Shown: piece after piece, positions 47,796 through 57,672 of the stretch
How the letters are laid out: the number at the start of each line of letters is the position of its first letter
Numbering within the stretch: position 1 is the first letter of the stretch
Assembly: GCA_964499705.1 (NCBI GenBank)
Contig: CAZCME010000005.1
Coordinates: forward strand, 124,001-188,000
Direction of reading: 5' to 3'
Length of the DNA: 64,000 bases
From: an uncultured bacterium
GTDB taxonomy: Bacteria > UBA8481
The notes under the pieces: generated by a model
The model's database searches: none
The model's input: only the letters and a program-made list of their open reading frames with translations
What the model was told of the DNA's origin: nothing
Translations under genes and position numbers: made by a program

Positions 47796-49325
47796 ATGAT
47801 GGACACCGGTACGCTGCGGCGGCGGTTCGCCGAGGTTTTCTTCACGCTCGACGACGAGAAACTCGTCTTCCGTTCCGCGACATTGGAGGCCATCTGCCTC
47901 GCCTCCTGCATTCTCTCGCCGATGCTCATCTTCATCCTGTCCAGCATGGTCTTCACTCCGGATATGCTGCCTCAGGAAATTCGCTCCGCCTTTTCTCTCC
48001 GCGCCTGGTTCTTCTTCCTCTCCTTCGCCGCCATCATTCCAGCCCTGGCGCTCTTCTGGGGCACTCCCGCGGCCGTTCTCTTCGGCTCGATCCTCTCGTT
48101 CTTCTTTCTCATCTGGATTCTCCTGACGCATGCCTTTTCCTTCGCGTGGGCGTCCCTGGCCGTCACGGCCCTCATAATCATCGCTCTCCGGACCGGCGAG
48201 ATCCGGCAGGCGGTGGATGGAGCGCTGGCATTCTGGAAGCTCCGGCTCGGAGACCTCCAGTCGGCCCGCAATGTCTTCCTCGCGGAAATGCTGGAACTCG
48301 AGCAGCGCAAGGAATCTCTCGAACTTCTGACGCGAAAAATCTCGAAGTTGTCGGAGTCGAGCTCGGAGATCGAGCGCAGTCTCGCGCTGCCGCAGGTCGC
48401 GGAAGCGGTGACGCGGCAGGCCCGGGAGATGTTCGGCAGGGGCCGGGCAATGGTGTACAAGTTCACGGCGACAGAAAGCGTTCTGCTGCACTCAACGCCG
48501 CCCCTGAAGCCGGGCGAAGGCGAATCCGGCGAGGATTTCAACCCGATCTCGCGGCTCCGTCGCGAGAATATTCTGATTTCCGATATCTCTCAGAATTATC
48601 AAACAGCTCCGGTCGCACCCAGTGTCCGGCCGTTCCAGTCGATCATGCTTGTGCCACTCGTGACCGGCAACGATACGTGGGGTGTCCTGCGCGTGGAAGC
48701 GGACCATGCCCGAGATTTCGATCGCGATAATCTTCGAGCGCTCGCGGCGCTGGCCATCCCCTCCACGCTGGCCCTGCAGAACGCCGACCTCTTCGCCGCG
48801 ATCGAGCAGCGCGCCGTCACAGACGGCCTGACCGGCCTGTACCGCCGCCACTTTCTCGAGAAGCGGCTCGAAGCGGAATGCTCCCGCGCACGGCGCAACA
48901 AGGCTCCCCTTTCGCTCATCTTCTTCGATGTCGATCACTTCAAATCGATCAATGACCGCTTCGGGCACGGCCAGGGAGACACGGTCCTCCGGGCCGTCGC
49001 CGGCGGCATTCGGGATTCGATCGGCGGAGTCGGACTGGCGGGGAGATACGGCGGCGAGGAATTCGTCGCGCTTCTGCCTGACATCGCGGAGAAGGAAGCG
49101 GTGGATATCGCGGAGCGGACGAGACAAGCCATCGCCGCGCTCGTCATCCCCGGATTCCCGCAGCGCGTCACGATCTCCGCCGGAGTCGCGGTCAGCCCGA
49201 CGCACGCCGTGGAACCGAAGGATCTCACCGACAAGGCGGATGGCGCGCTTTACGAGTCGAAGCGGAACGGAAGAAATCGGGTGACCATCGCCGTGTCGCA
49301 GCTCGAGGAGATTCTCCCTTCATGA
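47796..49325 (+). CDS. membrane GAF-GGDEF diguanylate cyclase (no RxxD I-site)
   Basis: N-terminal TMs, GAF (IMLVPL...WGVL), TDGLTGL, DVDHFKSIND, RYGGEEF. Confidence 0.9.
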   Translation: MMDTGTLRRRFAEVFFTLDDEKLVFRSATLEAICLASCILSPMLIFILSSMVFTPDMLPQEIRSAFSLRAWFFFLSFAAIIPALALFWGTPAAVLFGSILSFFFLIWILLTHAFSFAWASLAVTALIIIALRTGEIRQAVDGALAFWKLRLGDLQSARNVFLAEMLELEQRKESLELLTRKISKLSESSSEIERSLALPQVAEAVTRQAREMFGRGRAMVYKFTATESVLLHSTPPLKPGEGESGEDFNPISRLRRENILISDISQNYQTAPVAPSVRPFQSIMLVPLVTGNDTWGVLRVEADHARDFDRDNLRALAALAIPSTLALQNADLFAAIEQRAVTDGLTGLYRRHFLEKRLEAECSRARRNKAPLSLIFFDVDHFKSINDRFGHGQGDTVLRAVAGGIRDSIGGVGLAGRYGGEEFVALLPDIAEKEAVDIAERTRQAIAALVIPGFPQRVTISAGVAVSPTHAVEPKDLTDKADGALYESKRNGRNRVTIAVSQLEEILPS

Positions 49326-50713
49326 TCACGGCCATCCTTTCCTTCGCGGTTGTCATGGGAATCCTCTTCGGTCTCCTCGCGATTTCGCCGTCCGGCCTCC
49401 TGGCCGCCGCTCTCGCCGGCCTGGCGCTTCTGACGCCCGATCACGAAGCCGGACGAACGCGTGTGCTCGCGGCGGTCACAGCCATCCTTCTGGCTTCACT
49501 TGTAGCGGGATTCGCCGCCATGGCTGGATTCCTGCCCTCCGTCCTGTACGCGGCGGAACCCATCCCGGAAAACGTCCAGCTCATCAAGATATTGAGCGTC
49601 GCGACCCCTTTGCCCGCGATCATCGGACTTCTCTGCGCGCTTTCGTGGATGGTCCTCTTCGCCCTTCAGCGCGAGGTCGATCTGCGCGGTCACGAGGAGG
49701 CGGACCCGATCGTCGAGCAGCTTTCCGGTTCGACCGATCTCCTCGGCGTCATCCGGAATGAGCTCACGGTCATGGAAGCCCAGTTCCGGATCCAGGCGGA
49801 ACGACATGAAGCTGTCCGCGCGTTCGGTTCGTCGCTCCGGTTCGAAGAAGCCTGGCACGACATCGAACGCGGCGCAACTTTGCTTCTCCAGGCACAACCT
49901 GTCCTCCTCATCCCCCCGCTCTGCCAGGGAATTCCCGAAGGCGTCCATCCGGCGGCCGGGAGTCCAATCGATATCGAGGCGGAGGAATGGAAGGAAGCGC
50001 GCGCGGGCCGACGAAGGGAACGCGACATGGGAAGAGGCGTCAGGGCGTTCTGGATTCCGCTGCAGCTCGGAGACCAGAACCGCATCGTCGTCCACTTTAA
50101 GGTGGACACCACGAAGATCCTGGCCGATGCGATCGGCATCTTCATCGTCCAAGTCGGACTCCTGCTGGAGAAAATCCGCCTGTATTACGAAGTGGAGCTC
50201 CAGTCGCGCACCGACCTCATGACGGGCCTGCCGCACCAGGCGGGATTCAAGCATCACCTCGGCGATGAATTCGCCCGGGCCGAGCGAACGCATCGGCCGC
50301 TGACGCTTTTGATGGCCGACGTCGATCACTTCAAGAGCGTCAACGACACGTACGGCCATCTCGTCGGCGACCAGGTGCTCATGCACGTCGCCCGCAAGAT
50401 CAAGGAAACCGTCCGCATCTCCGACCTCCCCTGCCGCTACGGCGGCGAGGAGTTCGCCGTCATCCTCGTGGAAACTCCGCGGGAAGGAGCACGGGAGATC
50501 GCGGAGCGCATCCGCGTCGCGATCGAGAATCACCAGATGCTCATCCGCACCGAAACCGGCGAACAGGTTCTCCGCAAGACCATCTCCGTCGGCGTCGCCA
50601 CCTGGCCGCTCGAGGGCGTCGATTCCGCCGCGTCGCTCCTGGAGTGCGCCGACAAAGCCCTCTACCAGGCCAAACGCGGCGGCAGAAACCAGGTCGTGCA
50701 TTTTGGATTTTGA
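49322..50713 (+). CDS. membrane GGDEF diguanylate cyclase (RxxD I-site present)
   Basis: N-terminal TMs, degenerate GAF, TDLMTGL, DVDHFKSVND, RISDLPCRYGGEEF; ATGA overlap with the previous gene. Confidence 0.9.
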   Translation: MITAILSFAVVMGILFGLLAISPSGLLAAALAGLALLTPDHEAGRTRVLAAVTAILLASLVAGFAAMAGFLPSVLYAAEPIPENVQLIKILSVATPLPAIIGLLCALSWMVLFALQREVDLRGHEEADPIVEQLSGSTDLLGVIRNELTVMEAQFRIQAERHEAVRAFGSSLRFEEAWHDIERGATLLLQAQPVLLIPPLCQGIPEGVHPAAGSPIDIEAEEWKEARAGRRRERDMGRGVRAFWIPLQLGDQNRIVVHFKVDTTKILADAIGIFIVQVGLLLEKIRLYYEVELQSRTDLMTGLPHQAGFKHHLGDEFARAERTHRPLTLLMADVDHFKSVNDTYGHLVGDQVLMHVARKIKETVRISDLPCRYGGEEFAVILVETPREGAREIAERIRVAIENHQMLIRTETGEQVLRKTISVGVATWPLEGVDSAASLLECADKALYQAKRGGRNQVVHFGF

Positions 50714-50721
50714 CACAGGAT

Positions 50722-50858
50722 TTAACCACGAAGACACAAAGACACGAAGTAGAACCATTTTTTAACACCTTTGCATCGTCGCGGCTGCCTGCAGATTGAA
50801 TTCAAGAGGAGCGCTTGAAATAAAGTTCTTCTTTGTGTCTTTGTGTCTTCGTGGTTAA
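50722..50858. mobile_element. MITE/REP-like element with 28-bp terminal inverted repeats
   Basis: TTAACCACGAAGACACAAAGACACGAAG (50722-50749) versus CTTTGTGTCTTTGTGTCTTCGTGGTTAA (50831-50858), one mismatch. Confidence 0.65.
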
Positions 50859-50865
50859 CTAACCT

Positions 50866-52605
50866 GTGGCTATAGGGACCCATACTCCGGCCGGGCCGGA
50901 ACTGATCCACGAGCTCATCCGAAATCTTTCCGGAGCGGAAGAGCCGAAGAAACTTCTGGAACGGATCCTGAGCGCCGCGGTCAAGATGACCGGCGCCACG
51001 ACGGGCTCCATCGTTCTCATCGACAAGGCGACCTCTTCCCTCTCCATTGAAGTCGCCAGCGGATTCGCCGATCGGATCGCGAAGACGACTCGCCTCAAGA
51101 TCGGCAAGGGCATCACCGGCTGGGTGGCGGCTCATGCGAAGACCCTGCGGGTCGATGATGTCCGCAAGGACTCCCGCTATGTCAGCCTCAGGAAGAACAT
51201 CCGCTCGGAACTGGCGGCGCCGCTCATTCTCAACAAGGAAGTGATCGGCCTCATCAACGTCGATTCCACACGCGTCGCGGCGTTCACGCCGGAAGATGAA
51301 GCCGCGCTCGAAACGCTCGCCACGCTCTCCGCCCGCGTCGTCGCGGACGCGCTCATTCACGACCGGCTCCGCAAGACGTCGCGCCAGTTCGAAACGCTGG
51401 TGCGGATCGGGAGCGAGCTCACGTCGACGACATCGCCGGAGCGGATCCTGAACGATGTGACGGCGGCGGCGGCGGAACTGATCCACGCCAGGCTCGTGGC
51501 GGTCCGGCTCCTCGATCCCGAGAAGAAACATCTCTTCATCGCGGCGGTGCATGGAGGCTCGAAGGCCTACCTGCGGCAGGCGCCCATCACCGCGAAGGAT
51601 TCCGCGCTCGGAGGCGTCGCGCTCACGCAGATTCCGCTCATCATCGAGAATATCTCCCGCGGAGGAACGACGTTCAAATACAAGGCGGTGGCCCGCAAGG
51701 AGGGATTGGCGTCCATGTTGGCCGTGCCGCTCGTGACGCAGGGTCGCTCGCTCGGAGTGCTCGCCATCTACCGTGACAAGCCCGGCGACTTCGAGGACGA
51801 CGCGGTCGCGATCGCGGTGGGACTTTCGGGCCTCGCCGCGGCCGCTCTCGAAAATGCCCGCCTCTTTCAGACGGTCTTCGACGCGGAGCGAAGGACGCGC
51901 CAGATCGAGATGCGGCAGAGGGCGTCGGAGATGAGCGCGGAGCTGGCTCATGAGATCAGGAATCCGCTCACCACCGTGAGGCTCCTCGTCGAAGCCGGCG
52001 GCACGCAGAAGGACAGCGTCTTCACCGCGCCCGATCGGCGCATGGCGCTCCGGGAGCTCGATCGCGTCGACGGTCTCATCAAGCGCCTGCTGGGTAACGC
52101 GTCGCGCGAGCAGCCCCGCTACGAGGAAGTCGATCTCAATGCGCTCCTGGATGAAATCGTGATGGTCTCGCAGGTCAAGGCGGGCGCGAAAAACGTGACG
52201 ATCCGGAAATCGGCCGGGTACGGGGCGGGATCCGGGCAGCGCGGGGTCACGGTCCGCGGAGACAGGGCGGAGTTGTGGCAGGCGATTTCCAACATCGTGG
52301 AGAATGCCGTTCAAGCCGCGGCAAAGAAGGTCTTCCTTCATATCGCGCTCACGTCGCAGATGCGGGGCGACGACGAGCAGGATGCCGCGGTCGTCCTCAT
52401 AGAGGATGACGGTCCGGGCGTGAAAAATAATCTCCCGGTCTTCGATCCGCTCGTCACCACCAAGGACGGCGGAATCGGCATCGGTCTCTTCGCGGCGCGA
52501 AGAATTGTGAATGCGCACGGAGGGGAAATCAGCTACAGTCGGTCGACACGGCTGGGTGGAGCCGCATTCCAGGTGAAATTGCCGGCGGGAGACTTGATAA
52601 AATGA
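50866..52605 (+). CDS. cytoplasmic GAF-GAF sensor histidine kinase
   Basis: GKGITGWVA...RSELAAPL, second GAF (SMLAVPL), AHEIRNPL, NIVENAVQA, DDGPG, GIGIGL. Confidence 0.92.
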   Translation: MAIGTHTPAGPELIHELIRNLSGAEEPKKLLERILSAAVKMTGATTGSIVLIDKATSSLSIEVASGFADRIAKTTRLKIGKGITGWVAAHAKTLRVDDVRKDSRYVSLRKNIRSELAAPLILNKEVIGLINVDSTRVAAFTPEDEAALETLATLSARVVADALIHDRLRKTSRQFETLVRIGSELTSTTSPERILNDVTAAAAELIHARLVAVRLLDPEKKHLFIAAVHGGSKAYLRQAPITAKDSALGGVALTQIPLIIENISRGGTTFKYKAVARKEGLASMLAVPLVTQGRSLGVLAIYRDKPGDFEDDAVAIAVGLSGLAAAALENARLFQTVFDAERRTRQIEMRQRASEMSAELAHEIRNPLTTVRLLVEAGGTQKDSVFTAPDRRMALRELDRVDGLIKRLLGNASREQPRYEEVDLNALLDEIVMVSQVKAGAKNVTIRKSAGYGAGSGQRGVTVRGDRAELWQAISNIVENAVQAAAKKVFLHIALTSQMRGDDEQDAAVVLIEDDGPGVKNNLPVFDPLVTTKDGGIGIGLFAARRIVNAHGGEISYSRSTRLGGAAFQVKLPAGDLIK

Positions 52606-53963
52606 AAAACACGACCGTTCTCGCCATCGACGATGAGGAAGGCGTTCTCTATTCCTTCAAGCGACTCTTCCCGCCCGCGATCGAGCTCGTGACGGCGGCG
52701 ACGGGCGAGGAAGGCATCAACCTCGCGCGCACCAGGAAACCCGACGTGGCCCTCATCGACATGAAGCTTCCCGATAAGTCCGGGCTGGAGCTGATCGACG
52801 AGATCAGGAAAATCTCCCCCCGCACGTCGATCATCATCATGACGGCCTACGCTACGGGCAAGACGACGATGGAGGCAATGGCCAAGGGCGCGTTCGATTT
52901 CGTCACGAAGCCCTTTGATCTGCCGCTCCTGCTGGGGCGCATCGAAGAAGCCGCGTCCCTTGCCCGATACAAGCGCGGATCGGTCTCCCTCGGTGAAGAA
53001 CCGGAGCATCAGCGCGCCATCGGAGAAACGCTCATCGGCATGTCGCCGGCGATGAGCCACGTATACAAGCTGATCGGCCGGCTGGCGCCGACGAATGAAA
53101 CCGTCCTCATCCACGGCGAGAGCGGAACGGGCAAGGAACTCGTCGCGCGCGCGATCGTCCAGCACTCCAAGCGCGCGAACGAGCCCTACATCGCGATCAA
53201 CTGCGCGGCGTTTCCGGAGACGCTTCTCGAGGCGGAGCTTTTCGGATACGAGAAGGGATCGTTCACGGGCGCGACGGAGCGACGCATCGGGAAATTCGAG
53301 GCGTGCCATCGCGGAACGATTCTCCTCGATGAAATCGGGGAGATGCCGCTCTCGCTGCAGGCGAAATTGCTGCGCGTTCTGCAGGAGAAGGAAGTGACGC
53401 GCCTCGGCTCCACCGTCCCCATCAAGCTCGATGTCCGCATCCTGGCCGCGACGCAGAAGGATCTCCTCACAGAATCCCAGGCGGAACGCTTCAGGCTCGA
53501 TCTGTACTATCGCCTGACTCCCGCCGCCATTCCGCTTCCCGCCCTACGGGAACGCAAGGAAGATCTGCCTCATCTCGTCTCGCATCTCGTCCGCAGAATC
53601 TGCATCGATCATGGCCGGCCGGCCTCGAAAACGCCGAAACTCTCCGCGAAAGCCATCAAGCAATTATCCGATCACCACTGGCCCGGAAATGTCCGCGAAC
53701 TGGAGAACGTTCTCAGGCAATCCATCCTCTCCACGGCCGGAGACACGATCCACGCGATCGAGATCCCGACCGTGGATGCCGACGAAGGTGAAACGCTCCT
53801 CCGTAAAGCCTTCAACTCCCTCGCCGCCGAAGGCAAAGATGTCATGGGCCGGATCGAGCTCGCCTTCTGTCGCTATGCCCTTGAAAAAACAGGAGGTAAC
53901 ATCACGGCGGCCTCCAAGCTGCTCGGCATTTCCCGCAACACCTTCAAGAAGAAGATGGAGTAA
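52602..53963 (+). CDS. sigma-54-dependent Fis-family response regulator
   Basis: REC (LIDMKLP), GESGTGKE, GSFTGA, WPGNVREL, GNITAASKLLGISRNT. Confidence 0.93.
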   Translation: MKNTTVLAIDDEEGVLYSFKRLFPPAIELVTAATGEEGINLARTRKPDVALIDMKLPDKSGLELIDEIRKISPRTSIIIMTAYATGKTTMEAMAKGAFDFVTKPFDLPLLLGRIEEAASLARYKRGSVSLGEEPEHQRAIGETLIGMSPAMSHVYKLIGRLAPTNETVLIHGESGTGKELVARAIVQHSKRANEPYIAINCAAFPETLLEAELFGYEKGSFTGATERRIGKFEACHRGTILLDEIGEMPLSLQAKLLRVLQEKEVTRLGSTVPIKLDVRILAATQKDLLTESQAERFRLDLYYRLTPAAIPLPALRERKEDLPHLVSHLVRRICIDHGRPASKTPKLSAKAIKQLSDHHWPGNVRELENVLRQSILSTAGDTIHAIEIPTVDADEGETLLRKAFNSLAAEGKDVMGRIELAFCRYALEKTGGNITAASKLLGISRNTFKKKME

Positions 53964-53978
53964 AAAACTCCCGTAACA

Positions 53979-54037
53979 AAATCCCAAATCCCAACAAAAT
54001 CAGACGTTGGGAATTCGGATTTCGGATTTGGAAATTT
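53979..54037. repeat. heptamer (AAATCCC/GGGATTT) palindromic repeat
   Basis: AAATCCCAAATCCCAAC pairs with GTTGGGAATTCGGATTT; possible terminator or RNA structure. Confidence 0.6.
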
Positions 54038-54054
54038 CATTTTACTAAACCATT

Positions 54055-54076
54055 TTGTGTTGACAATTTTACACAA
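54055..54076 (+). promoter_or_regulatory. palindromic operator candidate overlapping a TTGACA box
   Basis: TTGTGT-N10-ACACAA; TTGACA at 54060-54065; upstream of the permease genes. Confidence 0.4.
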
Positions 54077-54140
54077 CTTTGAGACTCTCCACAGGTCTCG
54101 TCACGGCTATCTTTGAACTCTAATACTGGAGCGGAAAATC

Positions 54141-55184
54141 ATGCCTAAATCATGGCGAAGTGTATGGCCATTTCTGCTTCCGTTCACGAGCATCTTCGCC
54201 GTCTTTCTCCTCTTTCCCGCCATCTACTCGATCTACCTTTCCTTCAAGCACGCCGACATCTACGCGGACCTGACGAATATCTGGACGAGCATGAGATGGG
54301 TGGGGCTGGAAAATTACCAGAAGCTTCTCTATGATCAGTCCTTCTACTGGTCTCTTCTCATGACGCTTTACTACGCCGTCCTCGTTATCCCGATGGGAAT
54401 TTTTCTCTCGCTCTCTCTGGCGGCCATCCTTTCCAACAATCTGCCCGGCGCCAAATTCTTCCGGGCCGCGTATTTTCTCCCGCATGTCCTCGACCTCTTT
54501 GTCATCGCCGTCGTCTGGACTTCGATCTACGCGCCCAACTACGGTGTGCTGGATCAGATCCTCGGCTTTTTCCAGATGGATAAAACCAGCCCGATCCGCG
54601 AAAGCGGGGTCCTGGCGCATCCCTGGTGGGCCATGGCCGGAATCGCGCTGGCTGTCGTCCTGAAGGGTTCCGGTTTCGGCATGATCCTCTACCTCGCCGC
54701 GATCCAGAACATCCCCGCCGACGTCTACGAGGCCGCCGAAATCGACGGCGCGAACGGGTGGCAGAAATTCACGCGCATCACGATGCCCCTCGTCAAACCC
54801 GTCACGCTTCTTCTGGTCGTCACCGGCATCCTCGGCAGCCTCATGGCCTTCTCCGAGGTGTACGCCATGACGCAGGGCAAGCCGAACGAGACGCTGCCCC
54901 AGACCGCCATGCTCTTCGGCCAGCAGATGCGGATCCCGTTCCTCGGAGGCGCCTCCGTCGGCACGACGAAGGTCTCCGGATATTACCTCTTCGATAAATT
55001 CTATGTCGCCCAGGATTACGGCTATGCCTCCGCGATCTCCGTCGCTCTCCTCTTTATCTCGCTTCCTCTCTCCGTCATCGCCTTCTTCGTCTTCCGCACC
55101 GATGGTCCCGGCTTCCGGCAGGTCATCGCGAAATTCATCGACGAGAGGAAGAAGAAGAGCGCGGCGCAGGGAGCAGTTTCTTGA
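54141..55184 (+). CDS. carbohydrate ABC transporter permease (MalF/UgpA-like)
   Basis: WVGLENY, FFRAAYFLP, EAA motif YEAAEIDGANGWQKF. Confidence 0.92.
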   Translation: MPKSWRSVWPFLLPFTSIFAVFLLFPAIYSIYLSFKHADIYADLTNIWTSMRWVGLENYQKLLYDQSFYWSLLMTLYYAVLVIPMGIFLSLSLAAILSNNLPGAKFFRAAYFLPHVLDLFVIAVVWTSIYAPNYGVLDQILGFFQMDKTSPIRESGVLAHPWWAMAGIALAVVLKGSGFGMILYLAAIQNIPADVYEAAEIDGANGWQKFTRITMPLVKPVTLLLVVTGILGSLMAFSEVYAMTQGKPNETLPQTAMLFGQQMRIPFLGGASVGTTKVSGYYLFDKFYVAQDYGYASAISVALLFISLPLSVIAFFVFRTDGPGFRQVIAKFIDERKKKSAAQGAVS

Positions 55185-56299
55185 AGGCCATCCGCTTCAT
55201 TCGCTCCGGGCTCTTCTTCTCCGGGCTCATCATCGGCGCGATTTTCGTGCTCTTCCCCTTCTTCTGGATGCTCTCGACGTCCTTCAAGTTCGAAGGCACC
55301 GGCAGATCGTTCGAATTCTGGCCCCGCAGCGAAGTGGTCGTCGGGCCCTTCGACATGGCGGTCGACGGATCGGTGACGGGACCCAGCCGGGAGGATAAAT
55401 CCAGGATCGGCGCCGACAGCATGGTCGAATTCGCCTTCAACGGGCGTGAAGCGACGGCCGTCACGATCACGCTGAAGGACGACGCGGGCCAGTCCACCAC
55501 TTCGTCTCTCACGAAAAGCAAGGATGATTTCTGGAAGCTCGGAGAGGCTTATCCGCCCGGCCATTACACTTTTTCCTACAAGGTGAACCGGACCTTCATG
55601 GGCGCCGTGCGCTTTCTCTATACGCTCGAAAATTACAAGAGCATCGCCGGTAACGCGTCCTACCCGTTCTACAAGTATCTCCTCAATTCCTTCATCGTCG
55701 CCTTCTCCGCGTCGCTCCTGACCGTCATCATCTGCGCGCTGGCCGCCTACGTCTTCGCCAAGAAGCAGTTCGCCGGCAAGACCGCTCTCTTCTGGACCTT
55801 CATGGCCGCGATGATGATCCCGGGAATGATGTACATGGTTCCGCAGTTCGCCATCGTGACGAGCCTCGGGTGGAGCAATTCCCTGCAGGGCCTGGTGATC
55901 CCGCACCTGGCCAACATCTTCGGCCTCTTCATGCTGAAGCAGTTCATGGAGGCGATTCCCGATTCCCTCTTCGAAGCAGCCCGGATCGACGGCGCCGGAG
56001 AATGGACGATCTTCCGCCGCATCGTTTTCCCGCTCGCGCTGCCGTCGATCTCCATACTCTTTCTCCTGACCTTCGTCGGCCAATGGAACAACTTCCTCTG
56101 GCAGCTCCTCATCAACACGCCCGATTCCCCGCTCATTACGCTCCCCGTCGGCCTCGCGCTCTTCAAGGGCCAGTACCAGACGCGGTATGAACTGATGATG
56201 GCCGCCTCGAGCTTCTCCATCGTCCCGATCGTCGCGCTCTTTCTCTTCACGCAGAGGTTTCTGATCGAGGGCCTGACGGCGGGGGGAGTGAAGGAATGA
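55181..56299 (+). CDS. carbohydrate ABC transporter permease (MalG-like) with an inserted extracytoplasmic Ig/CBM48-like domain
   Basis: PFFWMLSTSFK, about 100-aa insert, TLENY, EAARIDGA, TLPVGL, GLTAGGVKE. Confidence 0.92.
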   Translation: MKAIRFIRSGLFFSGLIIGAIFVLFPFFWMLSTSFKFEGTGRSFEFWPRSEVVVGPFDMAVDGSVTGPSREDKSRIGADSMVEFAFNGREATAVTITLKDDAGQSTTSSLTKSKDDFWKLGEAYPPGHYTFSYKVNRTFMGAVRFLYTLENYKSIAGNASYPFYKYLLNSFIVAFSASLLTVIICALAAYVFAKKQFAGKTALFWTFMAAMMIPGMMYMVPQFAIVTSLGWSNSLQGLVIPHLANIFGLFMLKQFMEAIPDSLFEAARIDGAGEWTIFRRIVFPLALPSISILFLLTFVGQWNNFLWQLLINTPDSPLITLPVGLALFKGQYQTRYELMMAASSFSIVPIVALFLFTQRFLIEGLTAGGVKE

Positions 56300-57672
56300 G
56301 GAGCTTCAGGATTTCATATGTTCTGATCTTTCTTATGCTCGCTTCCTGCGGCCGGATCGCGGAAGTGTACGAGGGCAAAGAGATCGTCCTGTGGGAGACC
56401 TACGGGAACGAGGAGCACGACGAGTTCGTCCAGATCGTGCGGGACTTCGAAGCCGCCTGGTTCGCGCAGCACGGAGAGAAGATCCGGATCCGCGTGGAGC
56501 GGCTTCCATTCCAGGATCACGTCCAGAAACTCAAGTTCGCCGCCATCGCGCACGCCGCGCCGGACATCGCCCGCATCGACGCCGGGGAGCTGATCGACCT
56601 CGTTTACGGCCAGACGATCCTGGATCTCCGCAGCCTCGATCCCGACGTCGATTCCTACCTCAGCACCTTCACGGCGCCCGCGCGCGAGACGGTGAAGATC
56701 CCGCTCCGCCACGCCGACAACAAGGTCCGCGAGGGCGTGTACGGAATCCCCGACCAGATCACGGGCGTCGCCGTCTATTACAACAGGAAGATGTTCCGCG
56801 ACAAGGGGATCCCCTTTCCACCGGCGTCCCTGGAAGAGCTGCAGAACGCCACGCCGAAATGGGATTTCGCACGGTTCCGCGAAGTCTCCGGGAAGCTGAC
56901 CGATCCCGAAGCGCAGCTCTACGGACTCGCCCTCAATTCCTCTCTCTGGTTTTCGCTCCCGTTCTTCAATTCCTTCGGAGCGGACTTCGTGCAATTCACG
57001 CCGGAAGGGACGGCCAGGTGCGTCCTCAATTCCGACTCCGGCATCAACGCGCTCGAGTCTCTCTCGAAGCTCGTCTGGGACAAGTATGAAGCCGGAGCCT
57101 GGCAGCCGGGCGCCGTGAACTCCGACGACGGCTTCGCGAACCAGAAGTATGCGATGATCGTCTCGGGCCCGTGGAAGCTGGGCGAGCTGGACAAGATCGG
57201 CATCGACTACGGCGTGACGCTCGTCCCCGAAGGCGCCCTGATGCGCAACATCCAGACACCGAAAGGCGTCTTCCGCGTCGGCACTTCGACGAACGTCGGC
57301 GGCACGGACATGGCGATCCTGAAGACCGCCAGGCACAAGGAGATCTGCTACGCGTTCCTGAAGTACCTGACGAGCCCCGAGGTCCACGCGAAGTGGTGCA
57401 ACAAGCTGGGGCAGATCCCGGTCCAGACACTGGCCGAACCGCTCGTCGACTTCTCCAAGAACCCCGCGCTCGCGGTCTTCATGGAGCAGATCCGGACGGC
57501 GATTCCGCGCCCGAAGATCCCGCGCTACGGCGTTCTCGAAAGCCAGATCATGGTGCCGCAGATCGAGCGGGCCTTCAAGTCGGGGAACCGAGAGGGTGTG
57601 AAGGCGAGCCTGGAGCAGGCCGTATCGGAAATCGACCGGCTCATCTTGAACGATGTAAATGTCCCACGATGA
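56296..57672 (+). CDS. carbohydrate ABC transporter solute-binding lipoprotein (MalE-like)
   Basis: Lipobox LASC, APDIARID, YGIP...VYYNRKMF, AMIVSGPW, GGTDMAI. Confidence 0.9.
   Translation: MRSFRISYVLIFLMLASCGRIAEVYEGKEIVLWETYGNEEHDEFVQIVRDFEAAWFAQHGEKIRIRVERLPFQDHVQKLKFAAIAHAAPDIARIDAGELIDLVYGQTILDLRSLDPDVDSYLSTFTAPARETVKIPLRHADNKVREGVYGIPDQITGVAVYYNRKMFRDKGIPFPPASLEELQNATPKWDFARFREVSGKLTDPEAQLYGLALNSSLWFSLPFFNSFGADFVQFTPEGTARCVLNSDSGINALESLSKLVWDKYEAGAWQPGAVNSDDGFANQKYAMIVSGPWKLGELDKIGIDYGVTLVPEGALMRNIQTPKGVFRVGTSTNVGGTDMAILKTARHKEICYAFLKYLTSPEVHAKWCNKLGQIPVQTLAEPLVDFSKNPALAVFMEQIRTAIPRPKIPRYGVLESQIMVPQIERAFKSGNREGVKASLEQAVSEIDRLILNDVNVPR

Noticed and set aside
54094-54107. GG-N10-GC sigma-54 motif before malF
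   Set aside because: Lacks GGCAC and TGC context; likely chance.
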